DNA from: Minutocellus sp. GHC0000111
Taxonomy: Eukaryota
Reading direction: 5' to 3'
NCBI GenBank assembly: GCA_977018835.1
Contig: OZ361261.1
Coordinates: 992,001 to 1,056,000, forward strand
DNA: 64,000 nt
Shown piece by piece: positions 34,081 to 47,500 of this stretch (positions are counted from its first letter, which is position 1; each line of letters starts with the position of its first letter). The position numbers and the translations under genes were made by a program. The notes below the pieces were generated by a model. That model saw nothing but the letters and a program-made list of their open reading frames with translations. It searched no databases and was not told where the DNA came from.

Positions 34081-37000
34081 TTACTTGTGCTGCAACTGCA
34101 GTCGCTTCATGCGAATAGTGCCATCCCACGAGGACGTGATCAAGCCGCCCATATTTGACGACTTATCTTCACTCGATCGAATCAAACCGTCGCTCTCCAT
34201 GAAGGTCGATAGACAAGATACAACATCTGTATGGCCCGTTCGCTGTTCACCCAGAAGTCTGCCACTCACAACATCCCATTCCTTCATCTTGCTATCGACA
34301 CTAGCGCTCATTACCGATCTCTCATGGACGGCACCCTTGCTGAGTAGCACAGCGCCCGACTTGCGAACGCCTTTGCCTTCCTGACAATGAGACATTGTGC
34401 AGACCGGTTCACGAACGGTTTTGGTCTGATTGCCCCCGCCGCCAGCCTGCGGCTGGGGCTTTGCGATGGCCTGAGAAGCAGGGTCCTTACCGCCGACACC
34501 AGATATCGCTCGGAAGTCCCACGTCGCGACAGCTCCGTCAGCGCCGGCACTGACCATGAGAAATTCGGTCCTTGATCCGACGAGGAGATCGGATATGGGA
34601 GAGAGGTGGTATCGCAAGACGAAGAGGGCGTGGTTTCCAGCGCGGGTATCCCAGAGGGCAATAGACCTGTCCGTCGATGCAGAAACGACGGTATGAGGGC
34701 CCCAGTAGTGAGCCTGAGTGACCCATCCAAGGTGGCCCTCGAGCGTATTCAGACACTTGCCAACACTTCCGGCCAAGTCCCACAGGCGGACGGTGCGGTC
34801 GGCGCCTCCACTGAGCAATCGGTCGCCGTGCCATGCCGTCTTTACAGTAATCACCTTACCGCCGTGGCCGGTGAGAACCTCGATGGCTTCGGTACCCAAG
34901 GCATTGCGCCCTCGTACTGCCGGGGCTGCGTCGCCGCCAGATTTACCAAACCTCGCAGATGCTTGAGAGGTCAAGCCGCGACGGCCGGTCGATTGCCGGA
35001 GTGACCACAGCTTGATGAGCCCATCTGCCCCACCTGAAACAAGAGAGTCGGGGCGATAGATGTGGGATGGAACGTCTAAACACGTGACACCGCCGCGATG
35101 ACCTGACAATGCTCTCCCCTTGAGAGGGTACTTGAGCCGAGAAGCAGCGGCCGCGGCGTTGTCTCCGGTTGCCACACCGGCACTCCGCTGATTGAAGTTT
35201 GAGGTTGCACCAGATGTGTGCTGGTAGCGCATTTCGGCGACAGATCCTGATAATGCTTCAGCGGCCGCATCGTTGTCATCGGCGTTAGCGGTAGCAATGG
35301 ATGAGGCGTAAACGTCCTTCACGGACCACACTCTCAGGTCACCGCCAGTTGTCCCTGCAACAACACGGCATCCATCCATGGCCGAGAGCATCTCGCGGTC
35401 ATCGATCTCGTCGCTGCCACGTCGGCTTGCATCTGGACGGCTCTGACGGTAGCCTGCGCCTCTCGCAGCGGCGAGGCAGCTAACTGCGCCAACACCAAAC
35501 TCACCATCAATGGCAGAGCTTGTTGATCCGACCCCGATACCTCTGGTGCCGGTATTGCCCCATTCCAGTCGAACGCCAGAAACAAGAGGATTGGAGTTAT
35601 CTCTGGATTTAAAGCGGATGGTATGTGCTAAAAAGACACTGCCATCGAGACCTCCGGTGGCCACGCAGTTGGCACCGAACGAGGCGAGAGACGTCACAGC
35701 AGCCCTACCGACGAGACCATTTGGTTCAAGGACATCACCGACAGGAGACATCATTGCTAGGCTGTTTTTAGTCGCATCGCCGTCGGTCTGAGCAAGGGTG
35801 TTGTACATACCGCCTCGTTTGCTGGCGCCAGTGGATAATGTTGGCCGAGATGGTGGAGACATGGCAGATCGCGCTGGAGCATCTCCGGCAGGATGAGCCC
35901 AGGCAATTTCTTTCCATGCCATTTTAGCCTTGTCATCTTCGTCCATTGCGCTAAGAATGTCGGCTCCAATTTGGAGATTGGAGAAACTAACCTGCAGCTT
36001 CTCCATTTGGTCGGCATTGGCCATAATATCCAGGTCACCGGCCTTGGCTCCTCCAGTGTGATCCCCTTCATCACGCTTTGAGGAAAGGCGACGAGCAAGC
36101 ATCAAAAGAGCTTGCCCTCGCTCCGTTGCAAACCAACCCCGCTCTTCGCTGACGCGGGTGGCAAACTTGGCCAGGTCCTCAGCTGGCACACCATATCCAA
36201 GCATCTCGTAGATGGTAGTAACGGCGGCCTCATATTCGTCTGATTCATCGGCTTCATCGTCGCTGCCGTCGCCACCATCGCCGCCGTTGTTGTCACCACG
36301 GGCTCCACCTCCACCGCCGGCCTTGTCCTTCTGCCGATCTTGCAAGTGATTGGCCATGACTCTTTCCCACAGCTTGAGATCTGCAAAGATGGGGTGGATG
36401 CCAATCCTCGCGGTCATGTAGACAATTTTGGAGGTTTGGTCATCCATTGCAGCTACGCTAGCACTAGGGTTAGGACCGCCATCCTTGTCGTCGGCACCCT
36501 TGGAAACAGTACAGAAACCTGCCGTATGGGTCAACAGCTGGTATGCCGAGAGATAGTTCTGTTCTTCCATACATGCCTCCAGCATGGCAATGGCCAAACG
36601 CACAAGGCATTCGAAGGCACTTGGCTGAAGCCGACTGACGCTGCTTTGTGTCTGCTGGCGTTGGCGAGCGCCTTGGCCATGTCCACCATCCTTGCGTCGT
36701 TGCGATTCGAGACGAGCACGCTGCGACAGGACGGACGCAAGGAAACGCTGAGCGGATGGGTTGCGGAGAGCCGCCTCGGCCTCTGCGATGAGATCGACGC
36801 CATTTTCTTCGAATGCATTGGTATCCGACGGCGGTGGAGGGGCTGCCATAGAACCCACACCGGAACTGCGACGAGCGAACCGACTTGGCCTCTTATCCTG
36901 TGATCCCTCGTAGGCTTTTTCGAGGCATTTTCGCTGTATTTAGTTGGAAACGAAAACGAGATGTTAAAGAAGTGGATTGGATTTCACGGCGAACCAAGAT

Positions 37001-40000
37001 GATGCGTGCCGAGTTAGAGGTACATGCATGCGATATAACAAAGAGTAAAGATCATCGATTCCAAATAACGGCTACTTACCACAGCATCTCGGTCTTTCGC
37101 ATCGCTTGATCTATTGTCGGGGACATTACCGGTATGATGCGCCGAAGATGTAAGGTCGGCGTCGACATCGCTCGCTGCGGTACTCAGCAACTTGGTCAAA
37201 TCAAGAGAATTATCTTTTCCGTCCAAGTTTAGGTTGGTGTCGGACAAGTTGGCACTCTCATCTGGATTGAAATTCTTTTGTTCCTGTGCTAGATTCCACG
37301 CTCTGAATCGACGTTCGCCAAGAGCATCTTTGAGACAGACCATGGGCCAAAGGTCGAGGTCAAGACTTGCAGCCAATTTGCTATTTTCAGGAACAGACTC
37401 CAGGGACGACCGCCTGCTAGCGGCACCCATGGAACCACGCCTGGACATTGATTGGGATGTTTGGGCGCCTTCGGCAGTCTGGCCATCCTCTCCCCCTTCC
37501 TTCGCAGTCAGGAGCGGGAATAATGACGAATACCGCCACGGGTTCTTCTCCAACTCAACCAAGTATTCCAGAGATAATGCGTGGACGCCCTCCTGCTCCG
37601 ACTCTGGCAGCTCCGACATTCCAGATATGGCCGAATTCATCGATGCTCGTCTCGCAGCGCGATGTTCTGGGGTGATCTGAATAGGTGTGAGGCAGAACTG
37701 AGTAAAAGAGGATAGGTAATTCGATTCTTCCACGTCAAACGTGAGTAGATCGTCATCGTCAGAATCATCGTAGCCATTGAGGAGTACCTCGAAAATATCT
37801 TCTTCATCCGAGAGTTCATAATTGTCATCTCCCCTTTCCTGTTGCTCGAGTTTCTTCCGTTCCCTCTTCTCTCTGTCGGCTTTGCGATCAACTCTATAGG
37901 TTGATATCTTGTGTTCCATCTTCTCCAGGGCCGCGTTCAATGTCTTTGCGCCCTCCTCCAGTTGAGACGAGGACAAACCCGCAAGAAGATTGGGCTGGCT
38001 GCTACTAACAGCGGAAGTGTCGGTGTCAACTTGACGATCGAATACTTCCATGACTTCATGGAAGAAGGCAACAGAATCGTGATCGAGTCGTTCAAGGAGT
38101 GCATGGAAGTGCTGTGTATTTACCAAGTTGGATAGGAAACGCTTGGATCTCGGAGAAAGGATTCGCTGCGTTTGAACGCCAAGGCTGGATGAACTCCTGC
38201 TCGGATCCCCACCGGGCGACTGCATGTTCGTCCGCCTTTCCTCAAAGAGAGCTGGCGCGTTTCGCAAGAATCGATCGCGGTTGAAGACGGGCTGAGAAGC
38301 AGAAACAAAGAAGAGACATTCCTGGTATCCTCGGATGAGGCTGCATATTTGGAGCGCCACCGTAATACGGAAATCCCGCTCGGCCAGACTTTCTCTCTCC
38401 AGACGGGGGAGGTGTCGACCGGTCGCAAACACAACGGCACCATACTCCTCTTCAACTTCATCCTCTGCCTTGAGAAGGCGAAAAACGGCCTTGGAGATGT
38501 TGCTTGATACAGATGCCGGCAAGGGAGTTGGAAGCTTTGTGGCTCTCATACCTCTACGACCGTCAAAGTAATCCGGTGAGGAAAAGCCATTGTCACAATC
38601 GATGACGACAACATCATGCAAGGCCGCCTTGTCGATGTACTCCATGTTACAGGTGGGAACGCCAAGGAAATAACTCAACGGCGCCTCGATGAACTCCAGC
38701 ATGTCGTTTGGTAATACTGGAATGTATGGGAGAGACCATTCGAAGGGATAGGTCAGTGCTGTAATAACTTCGGCCACCATGGCAAGATTGGCGACGTCGG
38801 CGGAGTGGATCAATATTTTGCATTCGGTGAGGACAGCAGCGAGCAGAACCGTGAGCCCTTCGGCGCCAAGCAGTCGACAGACGGACGTAACAGAAGCTCC
38901 GTGTGGCAGAGCTGGAAGACCCGTCGGTGGGGGTAGAGTCAGATGATATCGATCCCCGCCCAAAAAAGGGATGGAGCAATTTAGTACGCCGGAAATCGGA
39001 GCAGAAAAATTGACACACAAGGCGGCGATGACGTTGCAAATCAGCTTTTCCAGCTGGCTGGAAGACGAAGTAGAAATGCAGTTGCTTTTGCTGGCAAGAG
39101 TCTCACAAAGTCGTAGGAGCATGGCCTCCATCACGCCCACGATGGGAAGGGAGGACGTCATGAGAATGCCCATTGGCACCCACAGCCGTTTCTGATTCGA
39201 TCCTGAGTCTACATTATGCATGCTTGACTGCCGACGTGTTGGTTGGTCTTTGTCGTCGCCGCCCATCTTTTGTGCATAATCATCTTGAGTTCGGTCGATC
39301 CCTGGAGGGGCTGGAACAAAGAAGCGAATGACAGCACCGTAAGTTTTGGCAAGGCTACTGCCGTACTCATCAGAGTTACTGGCCATTACGAACCATGTGA
39401 ATGTTGACGTGCAGTTGAGGCATGCATCGAAAGCCGCAATGCTCGACGCCATGGTGGGAGGGGAAGATGCAGAGAAACGCTTCAAATTCAGATCCATGTG
39501 AGTTGGCGGCTCCGCGCCACGCCACAACCTGCTTCCCTCGGGGAAACAGAACCACTCAATCTTGTCAGCAAGCATTACATTTCGGCCATGGTTGACGTGG
39601 AACTCATTGTCTTTCGGAAATTGCTCCAGGATACAGCACTCGGGTGTGCTCTCAACCCACCCTTTACTTCCGTCGTCGTTAGCCTGGTCACCAATATCAC
39701 GGCATCCAACAACGGCCACGAAATCAATTACTCCAGGCTTGACGAGGGGTCCATTGCGCGGGTCTATGATCTGGCCTGTGATTGGGTCCTTTTCAGGGCC
39801 ATCTTCCTTGGATTCCTTCCTTTTCAGATCCATATCATCGCCAGAGCTCATGATAGATGACTGGCGATCCTTGGGTTGGCGGTTGCGAACCTCAATGTCG
39901 GTAGCCTGAAAGGACTCATTGCCTCCCTCTAAAATATTTGCAACTCCACCGGCACCGACTGACTCTTCGTCCTCCTCATCTCCTAAATCGGCCTCGTCCT

Positions 40001-42791
40001 CGCTCTCATCCAGCGTCTCTGGCCGAGAGAATGAAATTTCTAGAAGAACTGAGGGAGTACGACGGGCACCACCAGCACCCAAGGCCGAGCTTCTTCGAGT
40101 GCGGGGAGCCGATATGGCGCTGGCCCCAGCCGCACCGGGACCGCCATCGCTACCGCCGAGCAGGGAGTTGAGAGTAAACCATTTTTCCACCACAGCCTCT
40201 CCATCGCGGTTGTGCGTAGCGTCTTCGAGTGGCAAATCAGTAAGCGGGATGACCAGGCTGCCAAGACGCAAATCCTTGGCGAACTTGCGTTTCTTTCTGG
40301 CCGGCTGCGCCTGTGCAGACGCAGACGCCGCCCCTCTGCTGTGTTTTTCACCTACGGTGGCCGGATCGTTATCGTCGTCGTCCATGAGCATGCGAGCCAC
40401 TTCGGCAGCTCGGCTGGCCTTCTCAATTTCACCCAGCTCATATTCTCCGGCGGCAGTCTTTCGCAAAACATTGCTTGGAGATCCATTGCCCTCTTCTTCA
40501 ATTGGTGGTGGAGGATCTAGGATCGACCTCGCACAAAGTTCCACCACAACGACGACATTTTCAATGCCGCTGTGCTCCAGATCATTGGCAGCAGAGTTTG
40601 TCGGCGTCACCAACACATCGTCCCACCGCATCTCCTCGTGCCACTCCATTGATCCGTTGTCCCGCGGGGTCAATATTTTGTGCGACGAGCAGCGAGTTCG
40701 TGAGGATGGGATGGAATCAATGCCTTGATCATTGAGCCTGCTCATGAGCTTGCTCGTCGATCCGCCCGTCGATTGGTACCACTGCTTGTCCTTGGCACAT
40801 ACAATACCAAATTTGAGCAAAGGGCAGAGGGGTGCGTTCGGTGTGAGCGACGGCGGTAGATCGACCGCCGATATCAAGCGAATGCGAACACTCCAAGACT
40901 CTCCAACGGTTTGTCCTGGAACGTCCAGGGGTGTAATGTCCCGAGTTGTGCTGACCATCGCCATTGAAGGAAGAGATGGGAGGGAATACTCAAATGACGT
41001 ATCGTCATTGTCATCATCAGCGTCAGAAACAGACTCTACATCGGCGTCGTTACCACTGCTGGGAGGAGGAGGGCCTGGTTTCTTCTTATCCTTGGGCTTG
41101 TCGATGAATAGATTGATACTATCGTCGTCGTCGTCCCTCTCCTTTGCCGCCGTGAGTCTCGACCTTTCACCGTTTGGAGCAATGTCATGACGATTAGTAG
41201 AAGCACCGTCACCAGGACGGCGGCTGCTTCGACCAGTGGCCTTGGTGGCAGAATCCTCCGCATTGTCCCTTGCTGTTCGTCTTGCCCGCCGCTCGTCTTC
41301 TCCAGCTCGCATCGTGCCACCTTTTGACTCGATTTGTCTCGCAAGCCTTCCGCCACCCAAATCGCCCTTGTCGTGATCAGCACCCGAAGAGCGGCGAGCA
41401 ATATCAAGGGCCGACATTCGCTGCTGGGATGGCGCCGCAGGACCAGCACCGGCACCAGCCCCAGACGAATATCTGCTCGCAATCCGAGCCCTCACGTCGT
41501 CGTACGATCCTGGCAGGCCGATGGCGGGCTTGATTTCGATGGAGCCGGATCCAGATCCCGAGCTGGTGACCGAGGCCAGTGGCTTCGTCGGGGGCACCTG
41601 CTGCTGCCTCTGCCGGGCAAGATGACTATCGAGCTCGCCGCTTCGCGCCGATGGCGGTGGCTTCTTTCCACGAGCAGCCTCAGCGTCTGTGCCTGTGCCT
41701 GTGCCTGTGCCTCCGCTCCGCCCGACTTCTCCTCCTCGGCCTTCTCTGCTGCTACTTGCAGGTGTAGGCCTACCACCTCGATCACCTCGATCTCCGCGAT
41801 CACGATCCAAAGTACGAGAGGCGGCAGCAGTGGGACGGCCGGATGAGGTCCGAACGCCCACACCGCTGCCGGAACCAAATCCATCGGATCCTGGACCGAC
41901 GTCGTCGTTGTACCTCCCATTCTTCGTCGTCGTCGACGACGTCCCCCTTCCCCGGGGTGCTTCTGAACTTCTACCACCGGTAGTCGAATCGACGGCAGCA
42001 GTAGTACTAGGACCACCGGCCGTCGTGGTCGGCAGATCAAAGTCGATAATGTCCGCCCCCCACCGATCCCGGCTGCCCGATGGCTTGGGCACCGTCGAGG
42101 CCAGGGCGGCATCGCGGAGGTTGGCATTGAACCGATCGCGGGTGCTGCTCCCGCCGCCGGTCACCGTGGGCCGGGCCGAGGCGTACCGAGAGGTTGCCGG
42201 AGCGGCGGGAGCGGGGTCAGATCCTTCTGCACCGCCGCCGACTCCGAGATCGGCATTGGCGGCCCTCATGGCAGCGATGCGGGACATGCGCCCTCCGCGT
42301 CCGCCCGGAGCAGCACCCGACGCCATTGCCGCGTCCATGGGAGCCGAGGCCGACCGCGACGTGGTGCCGGTGGGCCGGGCTCCGTACGGCAGATCGCCGA
42401 TGTTGGCGGCATTCTCCGACCGTTGGCGGTCCATCCCACTGCTGCCGCTGCCGCCGAGGGCGCCGCCCGCAAGGCCGGACAGGAATCCACGGAAGCTGCC
42501 GCTGCTGCCCTCCTGCTGTTGTTGTTGTTGTTGCCTCGACGAGCTCATTCCCGGCCTACCGCCACTACCAGCATTACCAGCAGTACCACGACCACCGCCG
42601 CCGCCGCCCCGTGGATCCAAGTCGGGGTCGGACGTGGCGCGCATCGCCCGAGACGACTGGCGGACGTCGTGGTTCCACCCGACGAAGCCATCGCCGCCGC
42701 CGCCGCAGCCGTCGTCGGAGGCGTCGGATCCCGACGAGCCGTACTCGTACGTGTAGTCGTCGATCGAGCGGCGGCTCTCGCTGGCGGACAT
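34081..42791 (-). CDS. C2-like + DENN + WD40 protein (SCD1-like Rab GEF); exons 42791-37080, 36933-34081
   Basis: uDENN (IDFVAVVG..FCFPEG), DENN (VLTECKILIHS..PFEWSLPYIPVLP..IEAPLSYFLG), dDENN (FNRDRFL..TQHF) and multiple GH..WD repeats. The GTAAGT..CAG intron 37079-36934 is in frame. Confidence 0.9.
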
Positions 42792-43410
42792 GGCTGGATT
42801 AGATGCTAGATGCTTGGTGCTTGGCCTTTGGTCTTCGCGTGGCGTTGGGCTTTAGCTACCAATTGGTATGTTCGGCGCAGGTACCAATAAAAAAGCGCCA
42901 AAAGATAATTCCAAGATTCAATGCCGCTCTGTACCACACTACCCACTGCACTATCCTGCCTCGAGTAGGTTTGGCCTCTGTCCCTTCTTACGCGGGGGAT
43001 GTTAGTTTGCTGCAACTTGACTGACTTGTGCCGCCTTTGCCTTGAGCTCAACGTTTCGACAAGGTGGTGCGCAGGGCCGGCGCAATAAGTGAGAGGATAC
43101 GCGGGGGCGTTGGACGTTGGGGCTGAAAAGCGACACATGATTTTGATTTTTGATGACGAAAAAGAAACCCGGAGGAGTCATTACTTAAGCCCCCCTTTTT
43201 CTTTATGACCGGTCCTCTCTCTTTCCCCTTTCTTTTTCGTCAAATATTTTGTCTGTCCGTCGTCAGATTGGATTGGACTGATGGATCTTTGCTTTTCACT
43301 TTGCCGAGCGTATCTTTCACATTGAGAACCCTCACGCATTGATGATACCCGACCAAGCAACCGGCAAACAATCCCATTGGATCAGATCAAAAAGCACGCA
43401 CCATTCATCA

Positions 43411-44901
43411 ATGACGACGACGAACATATCTGAAAGCGACGTCTCCATCCAACTCCGACACAAGCTCGACGAGGACGGAGAGTACCATGCCTTCACAAAC
43501 ATCACATGCGATATCCTCGTCCGTGGAAGCAAGGCTGGAAAGATATCCGGCACGAGGGTGAACCGCCAAAAGCTTCCCGAGCGGTACTTCCTATCGGCCA
43601 TGGACGGCCACAGCGGCGATTTGCAGTACGTCGGCGTTTCCGTCTTCGAGCCTCGTTATGGCCGGACCAAGCTCCGATCCCTCCGTGACGGAGGGGATGA
43701 CATGGAATTCGACTTTCTCTACATTGACACCTTCCACGTTGACCCGCAGTACCGAACCGGCGGATCGTCGGATGTTGGTGCGTACGCCCTTCGGAAGCTG
43801 CTCCATCATCCCTACCTCAAGGGACGGGCTGCCACCCACGGCTGCTGGGCTGTGTCCTGTTGTATCTACATCCTCGATCCGTACGAAGCAATGACGGCCG
43901 AAGGGAAGTCCATAATCGAGGCGGAAGATCGAAGAGAGTCTGAGAGACAGATGCAGGCATATCATGCCAATGCCGCAATGTCAGTGGAGACAGATCAGTC
44001 GCTCCGTGCGAAGGAGGAGAGGGCCGCTCGAATGGACGCGCTTGCGAGGCTGGATGCAAATCAGTTCCTCAGAAATGGCTTCATCCAGGATGCGACCTTG
44101 GCCAAAAATGGTGGAAATGCTAAACGCTTCATTGTTGCTGCGTACGAGCACTGGAAGCAACCTCTGAAGACCAACGCCGAGGCCACAGCGGTACAATTCC
44201 ATGTGGCGCCTCCTGAACGCCGGCCACCCACTGGGAAGGATGCTGAGATCCTGGCAGTAACGAAGCGTGTGTGCAGCGAGAGCATGACAGAAGGCCTTTC
44301 CAGAGGAATGATTGGTCTGGCACCGCTGCCAGTTGCCGATAATTCAGCAGATCGAGCCAATGCCTTTCGGGCCGAAGTTACTCCCTTGATAAGAGCGGGT
44401 GGCTCTTTGGCGCGCTCTAATGCGCTTCATGCTGCCTGCGCCAACAGGGACTCCGCGATTGTTCGTTGCATTCTGCAGATGGACCCATCTTGCCTTGAAA
44501 CCAGAGATATTGGGAATTCTACCCCATTGATGGTAGCTGCAGCGGCAGCTGCGGGCTCATCTAACATTAACGGGTTTCCAAGCCAGCCTGTCATTGATTT
44601 GTTGCTTGCTGCGGGATCACAGAAGGGAGCTGTCGATCCCGATGGGTTGACAGCATACGGAACCCTCAAATCCATGCATGAACAGTATGGCCAAGCTATG
44701 CAAGCTATGATGGGTAGGCCAGTGGGCGGTGGGTCACGGACTACGCCCGGTCTTGCAGAGTTGGAGGCCAAGCTGATGCCGACTGGTGGGCCTACTGCCG
44801 CTGATAGGGCGGGAGGCGAGACAGCGGATGCGGGTTACGTCGATTACGGTGACGAAGACGCTGAGTATGCTCGTGAGTACGGTGATTATGGAGACTACTA
44901 A
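43411..44901 (+). CDS. Ankyrin-repeat protein with a GNAT-like N-terminal region
   Basis: NALHAACAN, STPLMVAA and DPDGLTAY ankyrin motifs. FLYIDTFHVDPQYRTGG resembles GNAT motif A. Confidence 0.75.
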   Translation: MTTTNISESDVSIQLRHKLDEDGEYHAFTNITCDILVRGSKAGKISGTRVNRQKLPERYFLSAMDGHSGDLQYVGVSVFEPRYGRTKLRSLRDGGDDMEFDFLYIDTFHVDPQYRTGGSSDVGAYALRKLLHHPYLKGRAATHGCWAVSCCIYILDPYEAMTAEGKSIIEAEDRRESERQMQAYHANAAMSVETDQSLRAKEERAARMDALARLDANQFLRNGFIQDATLAKNGGNAKRFIVAAYEHWKQPLKTNAEATAVQFHVAPPERRPPTGKDAEILAVTKRVCSESMTEGLSRGMIGLAPLPVADNSADRANAFRAEVTPLIRAGGSLARSNALHAACANRDSAIVRCILQMDPSCLETRDIGNSTPLMVAAAAAAGSSNINGFPSQPVIDLLLAAGSQKGAVDPDGLTAYGTLKSMHEQYGQAMQAMMGRPVGGGSRTTPGLAELEAKLMPTGGPTAADRAGGETADAGYVDYGDEDAEYAREYGDYGDY

Positions 44902-45151
44902 ACCATCAGTCATTCCAAAACCTGAGAGATTGGCTGCCATGCCATTTAATATTCTAATTCAAACTCAATATCCCCTAAAATTGTCTAATTTATAGTAATG
45001 TACATTCTACCTTCACTTGTTGAAGGCATCTGGCTCGATAATATGCAAAAATATGTAGCGCAAAATTGCTTCTTCTCGGTATCTCTCCATCCAACGAGGA
45101 GAATGCAAGCAACCGAGACAAAAATCGTTTCATTCATCAAAAAATATATGT

Positions 45152-46408
45152 TCAATAAGAATACTGTGCAGGTTGGTTGATCTCTGGACCAAAAATATCC
45201 TCGGGTTGGTAGGCGCGAATGTATCGCAGGGTCGTTCGAACTCGGTGGCAAAAATCATCCTCCTCGACGTCGGGACTGGTCGACGTGTACTGGAGCATGA
45301 TGTGGTCGGGAAGGGAGAGGATGGCATCCAAAGTCTTGAAGGTTGAAAATTTAAAAGGTTCGATAGAAATTGTATTGTCGTGGCTGAATTGGGTGTGCAC
45401 CACGCTCAGCTTGGTTCGGGGTGCGGTCGACCACAGCCGGGCGGCACGAAGCGTTGGTGCTGGACCGGCCACGGTATCGTCGACGGAAGCCAGGTAGACG
45501 GCGCCCGAGGCAGTGTCCATGCCCAATCCACGGCCAATGGGAGCACCAAAGCCCGTATCGTTGAGGCTGCTCACGGCACAGGTTCGGAGCGTCATGGTAA
45601 TGTCGTCCTTCTCCTCGGTAGAGATCTGGCCCAAAAGGCGAAGAAGGTGCTCGGTGATGGCCAACGACGTACCCTCTCCATCATCGCATCCACCGACGAG
45701 GTGAATGTCCATATCAATAGCGTCCAGGGAGAGCTCACCATGATGATCCTTGTGTGTTTGGATCATGTTTCGGATACATTCCTCGTACTCTGCCTTGTCA
45801 ATGTGACAGAGACTGACAAGCGGTCCGCTGCTTCCGGCAGCATCGTCACCGGATGTGCTTCTGAGGGCAATAATGTGACATGTCGTTGCACGATCACTCA
45901 CAATCACATTGGTTTGCTTCGAAGTAGCATGGCCGATCTCCCCTTGACAGATGTTCAATATCCTGGACCCCTGTGTGGTCTTATCAGAAAGAACACGGAC
46001 TGGTTGTGCCTGAAGTTCCTCCGTACGCTCGATCACGGATGGGATCGTTCGCAGGTACTTGTCCAAAGGAATGTCTAATCCCCCGTCGGAGGCGTAGGCG
46101 GGAAGTTGAAGCCTCTGCCTTTGTTGACTTGTGCTACCAGAGGAAAGAGACTTTTGCATCCAGGGCGAATCGCGGCACTCATCCTCATCATCGCTGTAGT
46201 CGTCGAAAAAGAGATCATCCTCTTCCTGTGATGGGAGATAAAGGTGCGTCCTCTCGACGAATTCTTTGGGCTGTTCCAAAGTGCTGCCGACGGTCGAACC
46301 GATGCACTCCAGACTCGTCGGTGGAGGAACGACGAGGAGTTTCGACGAATCATTCTCGGATGCATCGACGAGTGTCGAGCAAGAGCCAGACGTCTGAATT
46401 GGCCTCAT
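45152..46408 (-). CDS. NTAN1: Protein N-terminal asparagine amidohydrolase (copy 2)
   Basis: NICQGE, SDRATTCHIIALR, CHID, HLVGG and TSTSPDVEEDDF motifs; paralog of 25352-26605. Confidence 0.85.
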   Translation of the reverse strand: MRPIQTSGSCSTLVDASENDSSKLLVVPPPTSLECIGSTVGSTLEQPKEFVERTHLYLPSQEEDDLFFDDYSDDEDECRDSPWMQKSLSSGSTSQQRQRLQLPAYASDGGLDIPLDKYLRTIPSVIERTEELQAQPVRVLSDKTTQGSRILNICQGEIGHATSKQTNVIVSDRATTCHIIALRSTSGDDAAGSSGPLVSLCHIDKAEYEECIRNMIQTHKDHHGELSLDAIDMDIHLVGGCDDGEGTSLAITEHLLRLLGQISTEEKDDITMTLRTCAVSSLNDTGFGAPIGRGLGMDTASGAVYLASVDDTVAGPAPTLRAARLWSTAPRTKLSVVHTQFSHDNTISIEPFKFSTFKTLDAILSLPDHIMLQYTSTSPDVEEDDFCHRVRTTLRYIRAYQPEDIFGPEINQPAQYSY

Positions 46409-46783
46409 GATTGGGTACTCTGAGATGAACTGGCTTGCTGGCCTTAATTGGATGGCCAATTGCGAGAAGTGATGGGTCGGTTGTCCTCGGAGAAGGCAAA
46501 AATGGAGGGCAAACTTCTGGCATTTTGCGACTTCCGAGTTCTGCCACCTCAGTGTGTCGAGTGAGTCGAGTCCAGTCGAGTCAGTCTGTTGACTCAAAAT
46601 AGAGTACAGTATGCCGGAGCATTAGAGGCCTGCGCAGTTTCGACGTCGCAGATCCTCACGGTCGAAACGATCCGTCCCAACGCAAAGGCAAAGTCGACGA
46701 TATGCAACTCATCTCTCTGCTCACAAATCAAACAAAGCCAAAACCAACAAACCAAAACACCACCAACAACAAGAAACAAAAAC

Positions 46784-47119
46784 ATGAAGCTCTCTCAAGT
46801 CGCCAAGAGTAAGTCAACATATTTGCATGCGACTTCCATGTTTCGATTGCTTACAATGCGATTTCATGAAATGATATCTCATATCCTACTTTCTCCTCAC
46901 TGTTTCATCTGCCGAACAGATATCGTCCAGGGTACCAAGGACCTAGCCGTCGCCTCGGCTGGAGTGAGCCCCTATGGGGTCATCGTAGATGGAGCCGTAA
47001 AGAGCCCAGTTTCGAGCGCGGTCGTGATTGTAGATGAAGTTGCCGACGCTCGACGTGGCGTGAACTCCTACGGCACGAACGTAGACCACCGCCTAGGCCA
47101 TGAGCTCGAGAAGCACTAA
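46784..47119 (+). CDS. 74-aa spliced microprotein (exons 46784-46808, 46920-47119)
   Basis: A/C-rich leader, AAAACATG start and a GTAAGT..CAG 111-bp intron. Product MKLSQVAKNIVQG..GVSPYGVIVD..GVNSYGTNVD..EKH. Confidence 0.7.
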   Translation: MKLSQVAKSKSTYLHATSMFRLLTMRFHEMISHILLSPHCFICRTDIVQGTKDLAVASAGVSPYGVIVDGAVKSPVSSAVVIVDEVADARRGVNSYGTNVDHRLGHELEKH

Positions 47120-47500
47120 GCAGCCGAGTAAAATGCGGTAATGACCACCATGGCCGCCTTTGGGTAAATAAATTTATGTATGTGTGCATGCAATAAAAGC
47201 AGCGCAAATGTGAAAAGACAAAGTAGATTTTGAAAAGTAGACCAATAGAGATACTAATAGTATAATTCACCAAAAAAACGTGAATCAATCAAAACAACAT
47301 GTAATAGAAAGTGAAAACAGATGTTGATATCGTTTCTTGCTACGTTGCTACCTCGGGTATTGTGCAATCGAGTCCCCATCTCCCTTTTGCAGTCGCCTCT
47401 CATTGCGATCTCCCATATCAACGTCTTCAAATCTACCATGTCGCTTCTTAAAAGATACCATGGTACAACTATTCACCAATACATGCACATCACACGTATA

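Noticed and set aside
41689..42756. 355-aa + strand ORF and similar antisense ORFs (48108-48884, 39919-40728, 45380-46078)
   Set aside because: They are shadows of GC-rich, low-complexity or otherwise well-supported genes on the opposite strand.
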